The notes beneath the pieces were generated by a model. That model saw only the letters and a program-made list of their open reading frames with translations, was not told where the DNA came from and searched no databases. Positions 8,998 through 16,770 of a DNA stretch of 64,000 nucleotides are shown here, in pieces. The stretch is taken from assembly GCA_011772475.1 (NCBI GenBank), contig WVZK01000086.1, positions 4,406-68,405 on the forward strand. Direction: 5' to 3'. Both the position numbers and the translations under genes were made by a program. Each line of letters begins with the position of its first letter. The first letter of the stretch is position 1. This DNA is from Candidatus Aminicenantes bacterium. GTDB taxonomy: Bacteria > Acidobacteriota > Aminicenantia > Aminicenantales > Aminicenantaceae.

Positions 8998-9204
8998 TTG
9001 CCGAAAGGGATCGTAAAGTGGTTCAACGACAAAAAGGGATACGGCTTCATTAAAGAAGAAGACGGTCGGGATATATTCGTTCACTTTTCATCAATCACTA
9101 TGCCAGGTTTCAAAACACTCGCTGAAGGCGAAGAAGTAAGTTTTGACATAGAAGAAAGCGACCGCGGACCCGTAGCCAAGAACGTCGTTAAGTCTGAGCA
9201 ATAG
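8998..9204 (+). CDS. cspA: Cold-shock protein (CspA family, CSD)
   Basis: TTG start after [24 protein letters not shown] (RNP1) and DIFVHFSSI (RNP2). Confidence 0.95.
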   Translation: MPKGIVKWFNDKKGYGFIKEEDGRDIFVHFSSITMPGFKTLAEGEEVSFDIEESDRGPVAKNVVKSEQ

Positions 9205-9233
9205 CAAAGAGCAAGGTCTCCAGATCTGAGATT

Positions 9234-9260
9234 TGAAGGGGCAACCCTTCATTATTTTCT
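9234..9260 (+). terminator. Intrinsic terminator of csp
   Basis: TGAAGGG-GCAA-CCCTTCA followed by TTATTTTCTT. Confidence 0.6.
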
Positions 9261-9373
9261 TGCCGCAAACGGAGTTCTCTGTTTTCATTCATTTGCTGCC
9301 TTGGGGAATTAGTATATCTTTTTGACAGAAAGATAAATATCAAAGACAATGAGATTATATAAAGGATGAAAAA

Positions 9374-9910
9374 ATGAGTGGTCAGCAAATAATTTTTGGC
9401 TTGTTAGAACTTTTGGTTTCTGTATTCATAAGTTTCATTCTTATCTTTGGCAGCTATCGCCTCTTCCTAGTTCTTACTCCGCGTTTCGATGAAGAGCGGC
9501 AGCTTAAAGGCAAAAATACTTCCGTAGGGATTATTTTGGGAAGCATTCTTTTAGGAGAAGCACTGGTTGTTAAGCAAGCAATTTATCCGGTCATGGCAGT
9601 CATCCAAATTTTTGCGCTCGGTCAGGAAAGAGATATTTTAAATTTTTTAAAAATGCTGGGCTATGGTGCTGGATATGTTCTCCTGGCCGGGATCTTGGCT
9701 ATAGTCTGCATCCTGCTCAGCTTATGGCTGTTTAATAAATTAACACCTCGAATAGATCATTATCAGGAAATAAAGGAGAATAATATTGCGATTGCTATTT
9801 TTATGGCTCTTTTTATTGTCGGGATTTGTCTTTTGATAAGCGCTGGTGTTTCAGGCTTAACAAGGGCCCTGGTTCCTTTCCCAGAGGTCGGGTCGATCCC
9901 CTTTAAGTAA
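9374..9910 (+). CDS. DUF350-like integral membrane protein
   Basis: Four hydrophobic segments. There are two copies of the pattern N-x-(A/S)-x-(A/G)-I...G, namely KNTSVGIILGSILLGEAL and ENNIAIAIFMALFIVGICL, as in YjfL/DUF350. Confidence 0.55.
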   Translation: MSGQQIIFGLLELLVSVFISFILIFGSYRLFLVLTPRFDEERQLKGKNTSVGIILGSILLGEALVVKQAIYPVMAVIQIFALGQERDILNFLKMLGYGAGYVLLAGILAIVCILLSLWLFNKLTPRIDHYQEIKENNIAIAIFMALFIVGICLLISAGVSGLTRALVPFPEVGSIPFK

Positions 9911-9917
9911 AGCTTAA

Positions 9918-11033
9918 ATGAAGACGCCCTTTCTACCCATCCTTATAATTTTATTCGCCTTAATCAGCCTAACATTTTTGGCTTCCTTTTTGGGTGACGA
10001 TGCTCCTTATAGCAACGATTCCTCTTGCAGGTTAAGTTTTCTGAATCTAAATCAAAAAATTGGCTCTAAACAAAGCCTGAATATCTTTGAAAGAATTGAT
10101 ATCGAAACAGGTTATGAACTCACTTACGGCTGGAAGGATTACAGAGGAGATGGTTACTCTATGACCTTTTCCGTTTCCAAACAGCAATTGTCTGATGCAG
10201 AGGAGGAGTATGGCTACTACCCAGAAGAATTGGAAAAATACTTGGAAGAAAGCTATGAAAAAATGAGAGAAGAGATGATGATTTATCTCGAGGAATTTGC
10301 CAGGCGGCAAATAGAAAGGAGCAAGTATCCTCAGTATATCTTAATCGAAAAGATTGATTCAAAGAAATTCAGATTAAAGATTTCCGTCCCCTCAGCTCTT
10401 TATGAAGAGGTTAAAGCTTCATCTGAGATAATTAAAGATAAACTTACGGCAGAAGAAAATGCTTATTTATTAAAGATAGATAAAGAGCAAAAAAAGAAGG
10501 AAAAAGCATTTTTAGAGAGGAAAGGATTTCGAGTTATTGGAGACACTATAGGAGTGGATTATTCTGTTTGTGTTCGGAACAATCGTCCCAGGCTAAAAAA
10601 TGTCGTGGACCGTATGAAAAAAATAAAGAAAAGAATGTCTCTTCGGCAGTTGCTGTTCTTAATGTCAGCTTTTATCCAGGAGATTAAATATGGCATCCCT
10701 CCCTTCGAAGAAAATAATAAAATCATAGCGGAATTCTGGGTTCCTCCTAAAGTCCTGGTTAACAATTTTGGAGATTGCGATTCAAAGGGAGTTGCCTTTG
10801 CCTCGATGTGGACTAATTTTAAGAGGTACCCTCTTATTTTGATAAAGATTCCAAAACATATGTTCTTAGGATTGGCTATTCCTTCAATAGGAAGAGATGA
10901 GATTACGATAAACGGACTAAACTATACTCTCTGTGAGGTTACAGGGCCCGACAAAATACCACCTGGATGGATTACTAATTACAGCCGTTTCTATCTCGAA
11001 AGCGGAAGATTCAGGTATGAACTGATAAGATAG
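9918..11033 (+). CDS. Hypothetical exported protein with a possible transglutaminase-like/papain-fold C-terminus
   Basis: N-terminal TM/signal segment and an acidic coiled-coil middle. The C-terminus has FGDCDSKGVAFASMW ... PKHMFLGLAI ... YTLCEVTG, which fits a Cys/His/acidic triad order. It is separated from the DUF350 gene by 7 nt. Confidence 0.4.
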   Translation: MKTPFLPILIILFALISLTFLASFLGDDAPYSNDSSCRLSFLNLNQKIGSKQSLNIFERIDIETGYELTYGWKDYRGDGYSMTFSVSKQQLSDAEEEYGYYPEELEKYLEESYEKMREEMMIYLEEFARRQIERSKYPQYILIEKIDSKKFRLKISVPSALYEEVKASSEIIKDKLTAEENAYLLKIDKEQKKKEKAFLERKGFRVIGDTIGVDYSVCVRNNRPRLKNVVDRMKKIKKRMSLRQLLFLMSAFIQEIKYGIPPFEENNKIIAEFWVPPKVLVNNFGDCDSKGVAFASMWTNFKRYPLILIKIPKHMFLGLAIPSIGRDEITINGLNYTLCEVTGPDKIPPGWITNYSRFYLESGRFRYELIR

Positions 11034-11043
11034 CTATTGTTCT

Positions 11044-11222
11044 TGTAGGGGCTCGATTTATCGTAGGGGCTCGATTTATTATACGTGTTTGATTCATCAA
11101 ACCCCCATTCTCTCTTATATTTTTATTTGTGGGGATTTGGTTCGTTGTAGGGGTTTGATTCATCAAACCTCCCTGCTTGCTAATATTTTTATTTGTAGGG
11201 GTTTGATTCATCAAACCCGCAC
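11044..11222 (+). repeat. REP-A cluster 1 (3 full and 3 half copies)
   Basis: TGTAGGGGTTTGATTCATCAAACC(C/T) occurs at 11146 and 11194 (49-bp spacing). There is a core copy at 11086-11106 and half copies at 11044, 11063 and 11128. Confidence 0.85.
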
Positions 11223-11257
11223 TTTTTATCTATATTTTTTTATAAATGAACGTTTTT

Positions 11258-11854
11258 TTACAATTTTTTAAATTTGATTTCTTTTAAATCGGGGAAAGCA
11301 TATACTCTTACTTTTTTACCTTCCCTGATTACGACGCCTCCTCTGCAGAGGCGGAATCTATTACTTATCTCTGTTGTATCATAACCTGAAAACGTTTTTA
11401 GAAGCTTTATTGTTCCGTCCTTAAACTCATAAACTTTAACTTCAGAAGCAACATGGTCTGTTTCAACAAGGTAGTATTTATCAGGATAGAAAAATTGGAG
11501 ATAGCCTTTTGTTTCGCCGAATTCTTCGATCTCAAAATTCTCTAGGTTCAATCTGGCATATTTTGGCCGTTTTGCACCTCTTCTCCACCCGTATTTCTCT
11601 TTTAGAGTGATATCGTTAAGCTTTGTTCTCCAAAATACGGTTCCGAAATGAAAACCCTTACTGTTTGGGATCTTCCTTATAGTTTCAAAACGTCCTTCCT
11701 TCTCACTGCTTATGATTACATTTTCTTCGGTGTAGCTGATGAGCATCCTATTAGAATAAAAAGCTGCTTTTTGACTTTCTCCGATGTTTTCAATCCGGCC
11801 ATCCTCCCATATTCTTAGGATTATATTTTTCCGGGTTTTTTCAGTGCACATCAT
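11258..11854 (-). CDS. Hypothetical protein (198 aa), possibly the distal part of an interrupted gene
   Basis: Starts ATGATG immediately after the in-frame TGA of ORF 11855..12187. No recognisable family. Shares a Y-x-L-[IV]-ETD motif with the upstream ORF. Confidence 0.5.
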   Translation of the reverse strand: MMCTEKTRKNIILRIWEDGRIENIGESQKAAFYSNRMLISYTEENVIISSEKEGRFETIRKIPNSKGFHFGTVFWRTKLNDITLKEKYGWRRGAKRPKYARLNLENFEIEEFGETKGYLQFFYPDKYYLVETDHVASEVKVYEFKDGTIKLLKTFSGYDTTEISNRFRLCRGGVVIREGKKVRVYAFPDLKEIKFKKL

Positions 11855-12187
11855 TCAGAACCGTTTTCCTTTAGCTATGTCTGTTTCGATAAGAGTTGGC
11901 CAATAGCTTTTTTCCAACAATTGATATTCCAGGGGAATTCTTGTTACTTCTTTTGATGCTTTGTCGACCAGAACAAGCTGAATATCATGGAAATCTTTTT
12001 TTCTCTTTCTTTCTATGAAAGCTATTGTTTGATCATATTTCCAAAACTGGAAAGCAATTTGTCTTTCAGGTTGCCCTTCGTAAAGAACTTCAGCCTTGTA
12101 GTTGTTTGTGTTGATCCTGATGATCCTATTATAGCGCCCAGTAATTTTGCTGTGAGCTCTTGCGTAAACATATTCATTATCTAACAA
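11855..12187 (-). CDS. Hypothetical protein (110 aa), possibly the proximal fragment of the same gene
   Basis: Only a TTG start with no SD. The REP-B hairpin abuts the start codon. It is in the same frame as 11258..11854, separated by one TGA. Confidence 0.35.
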   Translation of the reverse strand: MLDNEYVYARAHSKITGRYNRIIRINTNNYKAEVLYEGQPERQIAFQFWKYDQTIAFIERKRKKDFHDIQLVLVDKASKEVTRIPLEYQLLEKSYWPTLIETDIAKGKRF

Positions 12188-12195
12188 GGAGGAAT

Positions 12196-12231
12196 AAAAT
12201 GGGGCCGAATAAAATGGGGCCAGGCCCCATT
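12196..12231. repeat. REP-B element (half copy plus full palindrome)
   Basis: AAAATGGGGCC-GAAT-AAAATGGGGCCAGGCCCCATT. Confidence 0.75.
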
Positions 12232-12384
12232 CTTTTTCTTTAATCAGATAACGTTGCCATTTAAGATGAATGGAGGATAATTTTAAAGACAGTATTGAAA
12301 CCGATTTTAATTTTTGTTTTAATTAATCAACTGCATGATGTTAGTGGGAGTTATCAATCATTCTTATTTAAATAGGATAAGGAC

Positions 12385-12861
12385 ATGACAAGAAAAGATA
12401 TATTTAAACTTATATTATGTCTCATAATTTGTCAGTTAGCAGGGTTTGTGGGCTCTTTATTCACATCGCCTTCAATTCCCTCGTGGTATGCTTATCTAAA
12501 TAAGCCATCTTTCACACCACCGAATTGGGTATTCTCCCCGGTATGGATAAGCTTGTTTGTGATTATGGGGATATCTCTGTTTCTTGTATGGCAGAGAACT
12601 CTGCGCCATCCTTATGTAAAATCTGCCTTATTATGGTTTGCTTGCCAGCTGATTTTAAACATGCTTTGGTCAATCGTATTTTTCGGCCTTAAGTCCCCGT
12701 TTTTTGCTTTTATAGAGATTATTTTGCTGTGGATAGCAATCCTGATAACAATTATTAAGTTCTTTAGAGTCTCAAGATTGGCAGGAGTACTTCTTATTCC
12801 TTATATCCTTTGGGTAAGTTTTGCTGCAGTCCTTAATTTCTCCATATGGAATCTTAATTAA
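12385..12861 (+). CDS. tspO: TspO/MBR tryptophan-rich sensory protein
   Basis: PSWYAYLNKPSFTPPNWVFSPVWISLFVIMG with five TM segments is the diagnostic TspO N-terminal signature. Confidence 0.9.
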   Translation: MTRKDIFKLILCLIICQLAGFVGSLFTSPSIPSWYAYLNKPSFTPPNWVFSPVWISLFVIMGISLFLVWQRTLRHPYVKSALLWFACQLILNMLWSIVFFGLKSPFFAFIEIILLWIAILITIIKFFRVSRLAGVLLIPYILWVSFAAVLNFSIWNLN

Positions 12862-12925
12862 TAAATCCAAGCCGAGTATTTATTCGGATTTTTATATAAA
12901 TAGAAAAGCTGTAAGGAGGATAAAA

Positions 12926-15031
12926 ATGGTTCAGAAGTCTTTTAGGAAATTTTTCTTCGTTATTTTAATTTTTGCTTTTCTCCTTTCTCTTCCAGTTTCA
13001 GCGGTAGATAAAAAGGAAGGGCCCAAATCTAAAAAGCCCCCTGTTATCTCCGCAAAAGACACTTTGCGGATAAACCGAGTTTCTAATCCTCGCCTTTCTC
13101 CAGATGGCCAATGGGTACTTTACTCTAAGGCGATTCGAGATATGGAAGACAAAGATATGGAGAGCACCACGCATGTCTGGCGAGTGCGAGTTGACGGCAA
13201 GCAAAGAAGACAGATGACCTATGGTTCTGAGAGCTGCACCTCTCCTTCATGGTTTCCCGATGGGAAAAAGATCGCGTTTCTAAGCTCCCGCGGCAAAGCC
13301 GAAAGCTCCAGAGATAGACGAGAAGATGCCAGCGAACGCCCTCGTAATCAAATATATTCTATGTATCTTGACGGAGGAGAGGCCTGGCAAGTAACTGAGC
13401 ATAAAGAAGGTATTCAATCTTACGAAATTTCACCGGACTCAACCCGTATCCTTTTCACTGCTAGAGATCCCTTAACCGAAGAAGAAGAGAAAAGAAAAAA
13501 AGAAAAGGACGATGCTGAGGTTGTAGACGAGAAGTTTCGGATGAGCCATCTCTGGATTTACGATATAGATAAAAAAGAAGCTACGCAATTTACCAAAGGC
13601 GAATTTACAGTGAGTGATGCTCATTGGTCACCAGATTCTAAGAAAGTCGCCTATGTGACGCAGCCTAATACTAAAGTTGATGAAGATTGGAACAGCGATG
13701 TCTGGCTTATTGACATTGACACCAAAAACTATAAAAAGCTTTACGAAAATCCTGGAAGAGACGCCAGCCCCCGTTGGTCACCTGACGGAAAGACCATTGC
13801 TTTTTCTTCTGAGTCTCACGCTAGCTCAAACACATGGTATGACAAGCTTTATCTTTTTCCAGCGAGCGGCGGCAAACCAAAAATCCTGCTTAAAGATTTT
13901 GATCTCAATTATGGGCCTTCGATCTGGTCTCAAGATGGAAGGCGAATTTACTGGGCGACTGGGGACCGAACAACAGGGAACTTATTTTCGGTTGATATTC
14001 GCACCGGCGATATCAAGAAGATTACACCTCCCCGAGGATCTAATTCCCAGTGGAGGTTATCAAACGATGGGAAACGCTGGACGTGGTACCATTCTCCATC
14101 AAACTGGCCAGGAGAAATTTACGCTGCAGATTTGGATCTCAAGAATCCAGTTCGCCTAACAGATGCCAATCCCTGGCTTCGAGAAGAGAAAATAAAGCTC
14201 GGGAAAGTGGAGACAATTAAATGGAAAAACAGCGACGGCCAGTGGATTGAAGGAGTGCTCACCTGGCCTGTTGATTATAAGCAAGGCGAGAAATACCCCC
14301 TCATTCTCAATCCTCATGGAGGACCAAGCTCGGCAAGGATCGAATCGTTCAGCTCGTCAAATCAATTCTTTGCTGGCAATGGCTTTATGGTCCTCCAGCC
14401 GAACTTCCGAGGAAGCTCGAATTATGGTCAGGAATTCCTCAACGCTAATCGAGGCTATTGGGGGGTAAGGGATTATGATGACTGCATGACTGGAGTAGAC
14501 TTCTGCGTTGAGAAAGGCTGGGCTGATCCTGATCGGCTTATCTGTTACGGCTGGAGCTACGGCGGATACATGAGCTTCTGGATTGTCACCCAGACTGACC
14601 GTTTTAAGGCTGTTTCTCCAGGTGCGGGGCTTGCGAACCTCTACAGCATGTACAGTACTACAGACATACCTCGTTATCTCGCTTGGTTTTTCGGGACTCC
14701 TTGGGATTATGAAGACATGTACGAGAAGCTTTCTCCCATTCGTCACGTAAAGAAAGTAAAGAGCCCGGTACTTATAATGCATGGAGCAATTGACGCAAGG
14801 GTCCCTCCTGAGCAGTCGGTCGAGTTTTACCAGGCGCTTCGTGACCTGGGAAAAGATGTCACATTTGTGCGCTTCCCGAGGGAAAGGCATGGAATCAGGG
14901 AACCGCGGCATCAAATAGACCGTCTCCGAAGATACCTTTTTTTCTTCGCAGAACATGTGAACCTGATACCCGTTAGTGAGAAGAAAGAAGAAAAGGTGCC
15001 CAAAAAGGAAGAGAAGAAAAAAGATAAATAA
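12926..15031 (+). CDS. S9 family serine peptidase (acylaminoacyl-peptidase/DPP-like) with N-terminal beta-propeller
   Basis: ATG at 12926 after AAGGAGGA, with signal peptide. Propeller repeats LSPDGQWVLY, ISPDSTRILF, WSPDSKKVAY and WSPDGKTIAF. Catalytic GWSYGGYM, plus later D and H motifs (HGAIDARV, ERHGI). Confidence 0.9.
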   Translation: MVQKSFRKFFFVILIFAFLLSLPVSAVDKKEGPKSKKPPVISAKDTLRINRVSNPRLSPDGQWVLYSKAIRDMEDKDMESTTHVWRVRVDGKQRRQMTYGSESCTSPSWFPDGKKIAFLSSRGKAESSRDRREDASERPRNQIYSMYLDGGEAWQVTEHKEGIQSYEISPDSTRILFTARDPLTEEEEKRKKEKDDAEVVDEKFRMSHLWIYDIDKKEATQFTKGEFTVSDAHWSPDSKKVAYVTQPNTKVDEDWNSDVWLIDIDTKNYKKLYENPGRDASPRWSPDGKTIAFSSESHASSNTWYDKLYLFPASGGKPKILLKDFDLNYGPSIWSQDGRRIYWATGDRTTGNLFSVDIRTGDIKKITPPRGSNSQWRLSNDGKRWTWYHSPSNWPGEIYAADLDLKNPVRLTDANPWLREEKIKLGKVETIKWKNSDGQWIEGVLTWPVDYKQGEKYPLILNPHGGPSSARIESFSSSNQFFAGNGFMVLQPNFRGSSNYGQEFLNANRGYWGVRDYDDCMTGVDFCVEKGWADPDRLICYGWSYGGYMSFWIVTQTDRFKAVSPGAGLANLYSMYSTTDIPRYLAWFFGTPWDYEDMYEKLSPIRHVKKVKSPVLIMHGAIDARVPPEQSVEFYQALRDLGKDVTFVRFPRERHGIREPRHQIDRLRRYLFFFAEHVNLIPVSEKKEEKVPKKEEKKKDK

Positions 15032-15055
15032 AGTATATTAAGAAAAGAGGAGAAT

Positions 15056-16750
15056 ATGTCAGGAAAGAAGATATTCGTATCATTAATCGCATTGGTTGCT
15101 CTTGTTTCCTTTAAAAGCAGCCAAGGAGCACTCCATCCTGGGCGAGAAGCACAGAATCTTGGAAGGAAACTGACTCCAGCAGTTGGCACGAAAGGCATGG
15201 TCAGTTCCGCTCATCCGCTTGCGACCCAGGCGGGCCTGGATATTCTCAAAGCTGGCGGTAATGCTTTTGATGCGGCGGTGGCTATCGCCGCCATGTTAAA
15301 TGTCGTCGAACCGATGAATTCTGGGATCGGCGGCTACGGGACAATCCTTGTTTATGAGGCCGAAAAAAGAAATGCTCGTTTTCTTGATTCAAGCGGGAAG
15401 ATCCCTATTAACGTCGATTCAGATGCTTTCCGACCTCCCACGCCAAATTATAAGGATAATAGGCGAGGGCCCAAAGCAGTCTCGACTCCAGGAAACGTGA
15501 ATGCCTGGTGGGCTATGTCCTCAGAATACGGAAAGCTTAAGTGGTCTGAACTTTTTAAAAGCGCTATAAAGACAGCTGAACAGGGATTTGAGGTTAAAGA
15601 ACGGCTCGCCAGGAGTATTGAATATGCATTTTCCGAGTTCAACGAGCATGGACAAGAAGTCTACGGAAAAGAAGGCAAGCCACTGGGAAAAGGAGATGTT
15701 CTCGTCCAGAAAGATCTCGCAAAGTCGCTAGGGCTTATAGCCGAGCAAGGAGCCAAAGCTGTCTATGGGGGGAAACTCGGAAAGATAATAGATAAAGCGA
15801 TGCGAGAGAGTGGTGGCTTCTTGACCATCGAAGACCTTGTTGCTGACCGGGCTGAATGGTGGAAGCCGATAAGCATTAACTATCGTGGGTATAAGGTGGC
15901 GACCGCTTCGCCCCCTTCTACTGCATTTCCTTCCCTTATCCGGTTAGGCTTGATGAGCTGCTTCGATAACTTTCGTCTCGGACACAATAGCCCAGATTAT
16001 CTCCATTTTTTCGCCGAAGCAACCAAGCATGCTTTTTGGTGTCGTCTCGCCCACGCTGGAGACCCGGAAATTAATCCTCCACCCCTGGAGAAGCTACTTT
16101 CTGAAGAATACTGGGAAGATGTTGTAAGCAAGATTGACCATAAGAAAGCAAAACCGTTCAGCCCTCCCAGAATTGTAGTCAAGCAGGAGAAAAACACGAC
16201 TCATTTTGTTGTAGCTGATAGATGGGGAAACATAGTCAGCGCAACCCAGACGCTGGGCAATTCATTTGGTTGTCGCATAATGGTGGAAGGTACAGGCATC
16301 TGGCTTAATAATTCGCTCGCCTACTGTACGTTCGAACCTAAGGGGAATCCTATGGACGCCCATGCTGGCCACAGAAAACTTTCAGGGGATTGTCCTACAA
16401 TCATTTTTAAAAACGGAAAACCTTGGGCTGCTCTCGGGACACCAGGCGGTCATACAATAGGCCAGACCGTTCCTCAAATGGTCATGAATCTGATCGACTT
16501 CAAGATGGATATCCAGAAGGCTATCGCAGCTCCTCGCATCAGTTTTGCAGAACCTGACTTAATTCTTGTAGAGAATAGGATTGAAGCCTCGATACAGAAT
16601 GCTCTAAGAGAAAAAGGACATAACGTTCGAGAAGTCAGAGGCTTGGGCAACGCCCACGGCTTGATGATCGAGTATGATGCTGAAGGAAAACCTGCGCGTT
16701 TTTATGGAGCTGCCGATGTACGAGGGAATGGACTGGCAAAAGGATATTAA
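15056..16750 (+). CDS. ggt: Gamma-glutamyltranspeptidase
   Basis: Signal peptide. KNTTHFVVADRWGN (autoprocessing Thr nucleophile) and GTPGGHTIGQTVPQ. Confidence 0.9.
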   Translation: MSGKKIFVSLIALVALVSFKSSQGALHPGREAQNLGRKLTPAVGTKGMVSSAHPLATQAGLDILKAGGNAFDAAVAIAAMLNVVEPMNSGIGGYGTILVYEAEKRNARFLDSSGKIPINVDSDAFRPPTPNYKDNRRGPKAVSTPGNVNAWWAMSSEYGKLKWSELFKSAIKTAEQGFEVKERLARSIEYAFSEFNEHGQEVYGKEGKPLGKGDVLVQKDLAKSLGLIAEQGAKAVYGGKLGKIIDKAMRESGGFLTIEDLVADRAEWWKPISINYRGYKVATASPPSTAFPSLIRLGLMSCFDNFRLGHNSPDYLHFFAEATKHAFWCRLAHAGDPEINPPPLEKLLSEEYWEDVVSKIDHKKAKPFSPPRIVVKQEKNTTHFVVADRWGNIVSATQTLGNSFGCRIMVEGTGIWLNNSLAYCTFEPKGNPMDAHAGHRKLSGDCPTIIFKNGKPWAALGTPGGHTIGQTVPQMVMNLIDFKMDIQKAIAAPRISFAEPDLILVENRIEASIQNALREKGHNVREVRGLGNAHGLMIEYDAEGKPARFYGAADVRGNGLAKGY

Positions 16751-16770
16751 AATAATTTTTAATAACTGAG

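Noticed and set aside
11011-11271. ORFs 11011..11214 (-) and 11089..11271 (+) with internally repetitive peptides (GLMNQTPT..., RGLIHQT...). Similar cases are 27554..27859, 38287..38499, 57755..57970 and 57774..58031.
   Set aside because: They are translations of the REP-A or REP-B repeats themselves. They have no SD, and both strands are equally open.
11855-11857. The in-frame TGA could be a selenocysteine codon or a recoded sense codon.
   Set aside because: No convincing SECIS-like hairpin lies in the 40 nt after the TGA. TGA is used as a normal stop elsewhere, for example at 51131-51133 and 56418-56420. No Cys-homolog context supports it.
12821-12925. Long 5' extension of the S9 peptidase ORF that overlaps the end of tspO.
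   Set aside because: ATG 12926 has a perfect AAGGAGGA SD and starts a canonical signal peptide. The extension is an ORF-calling artefact.
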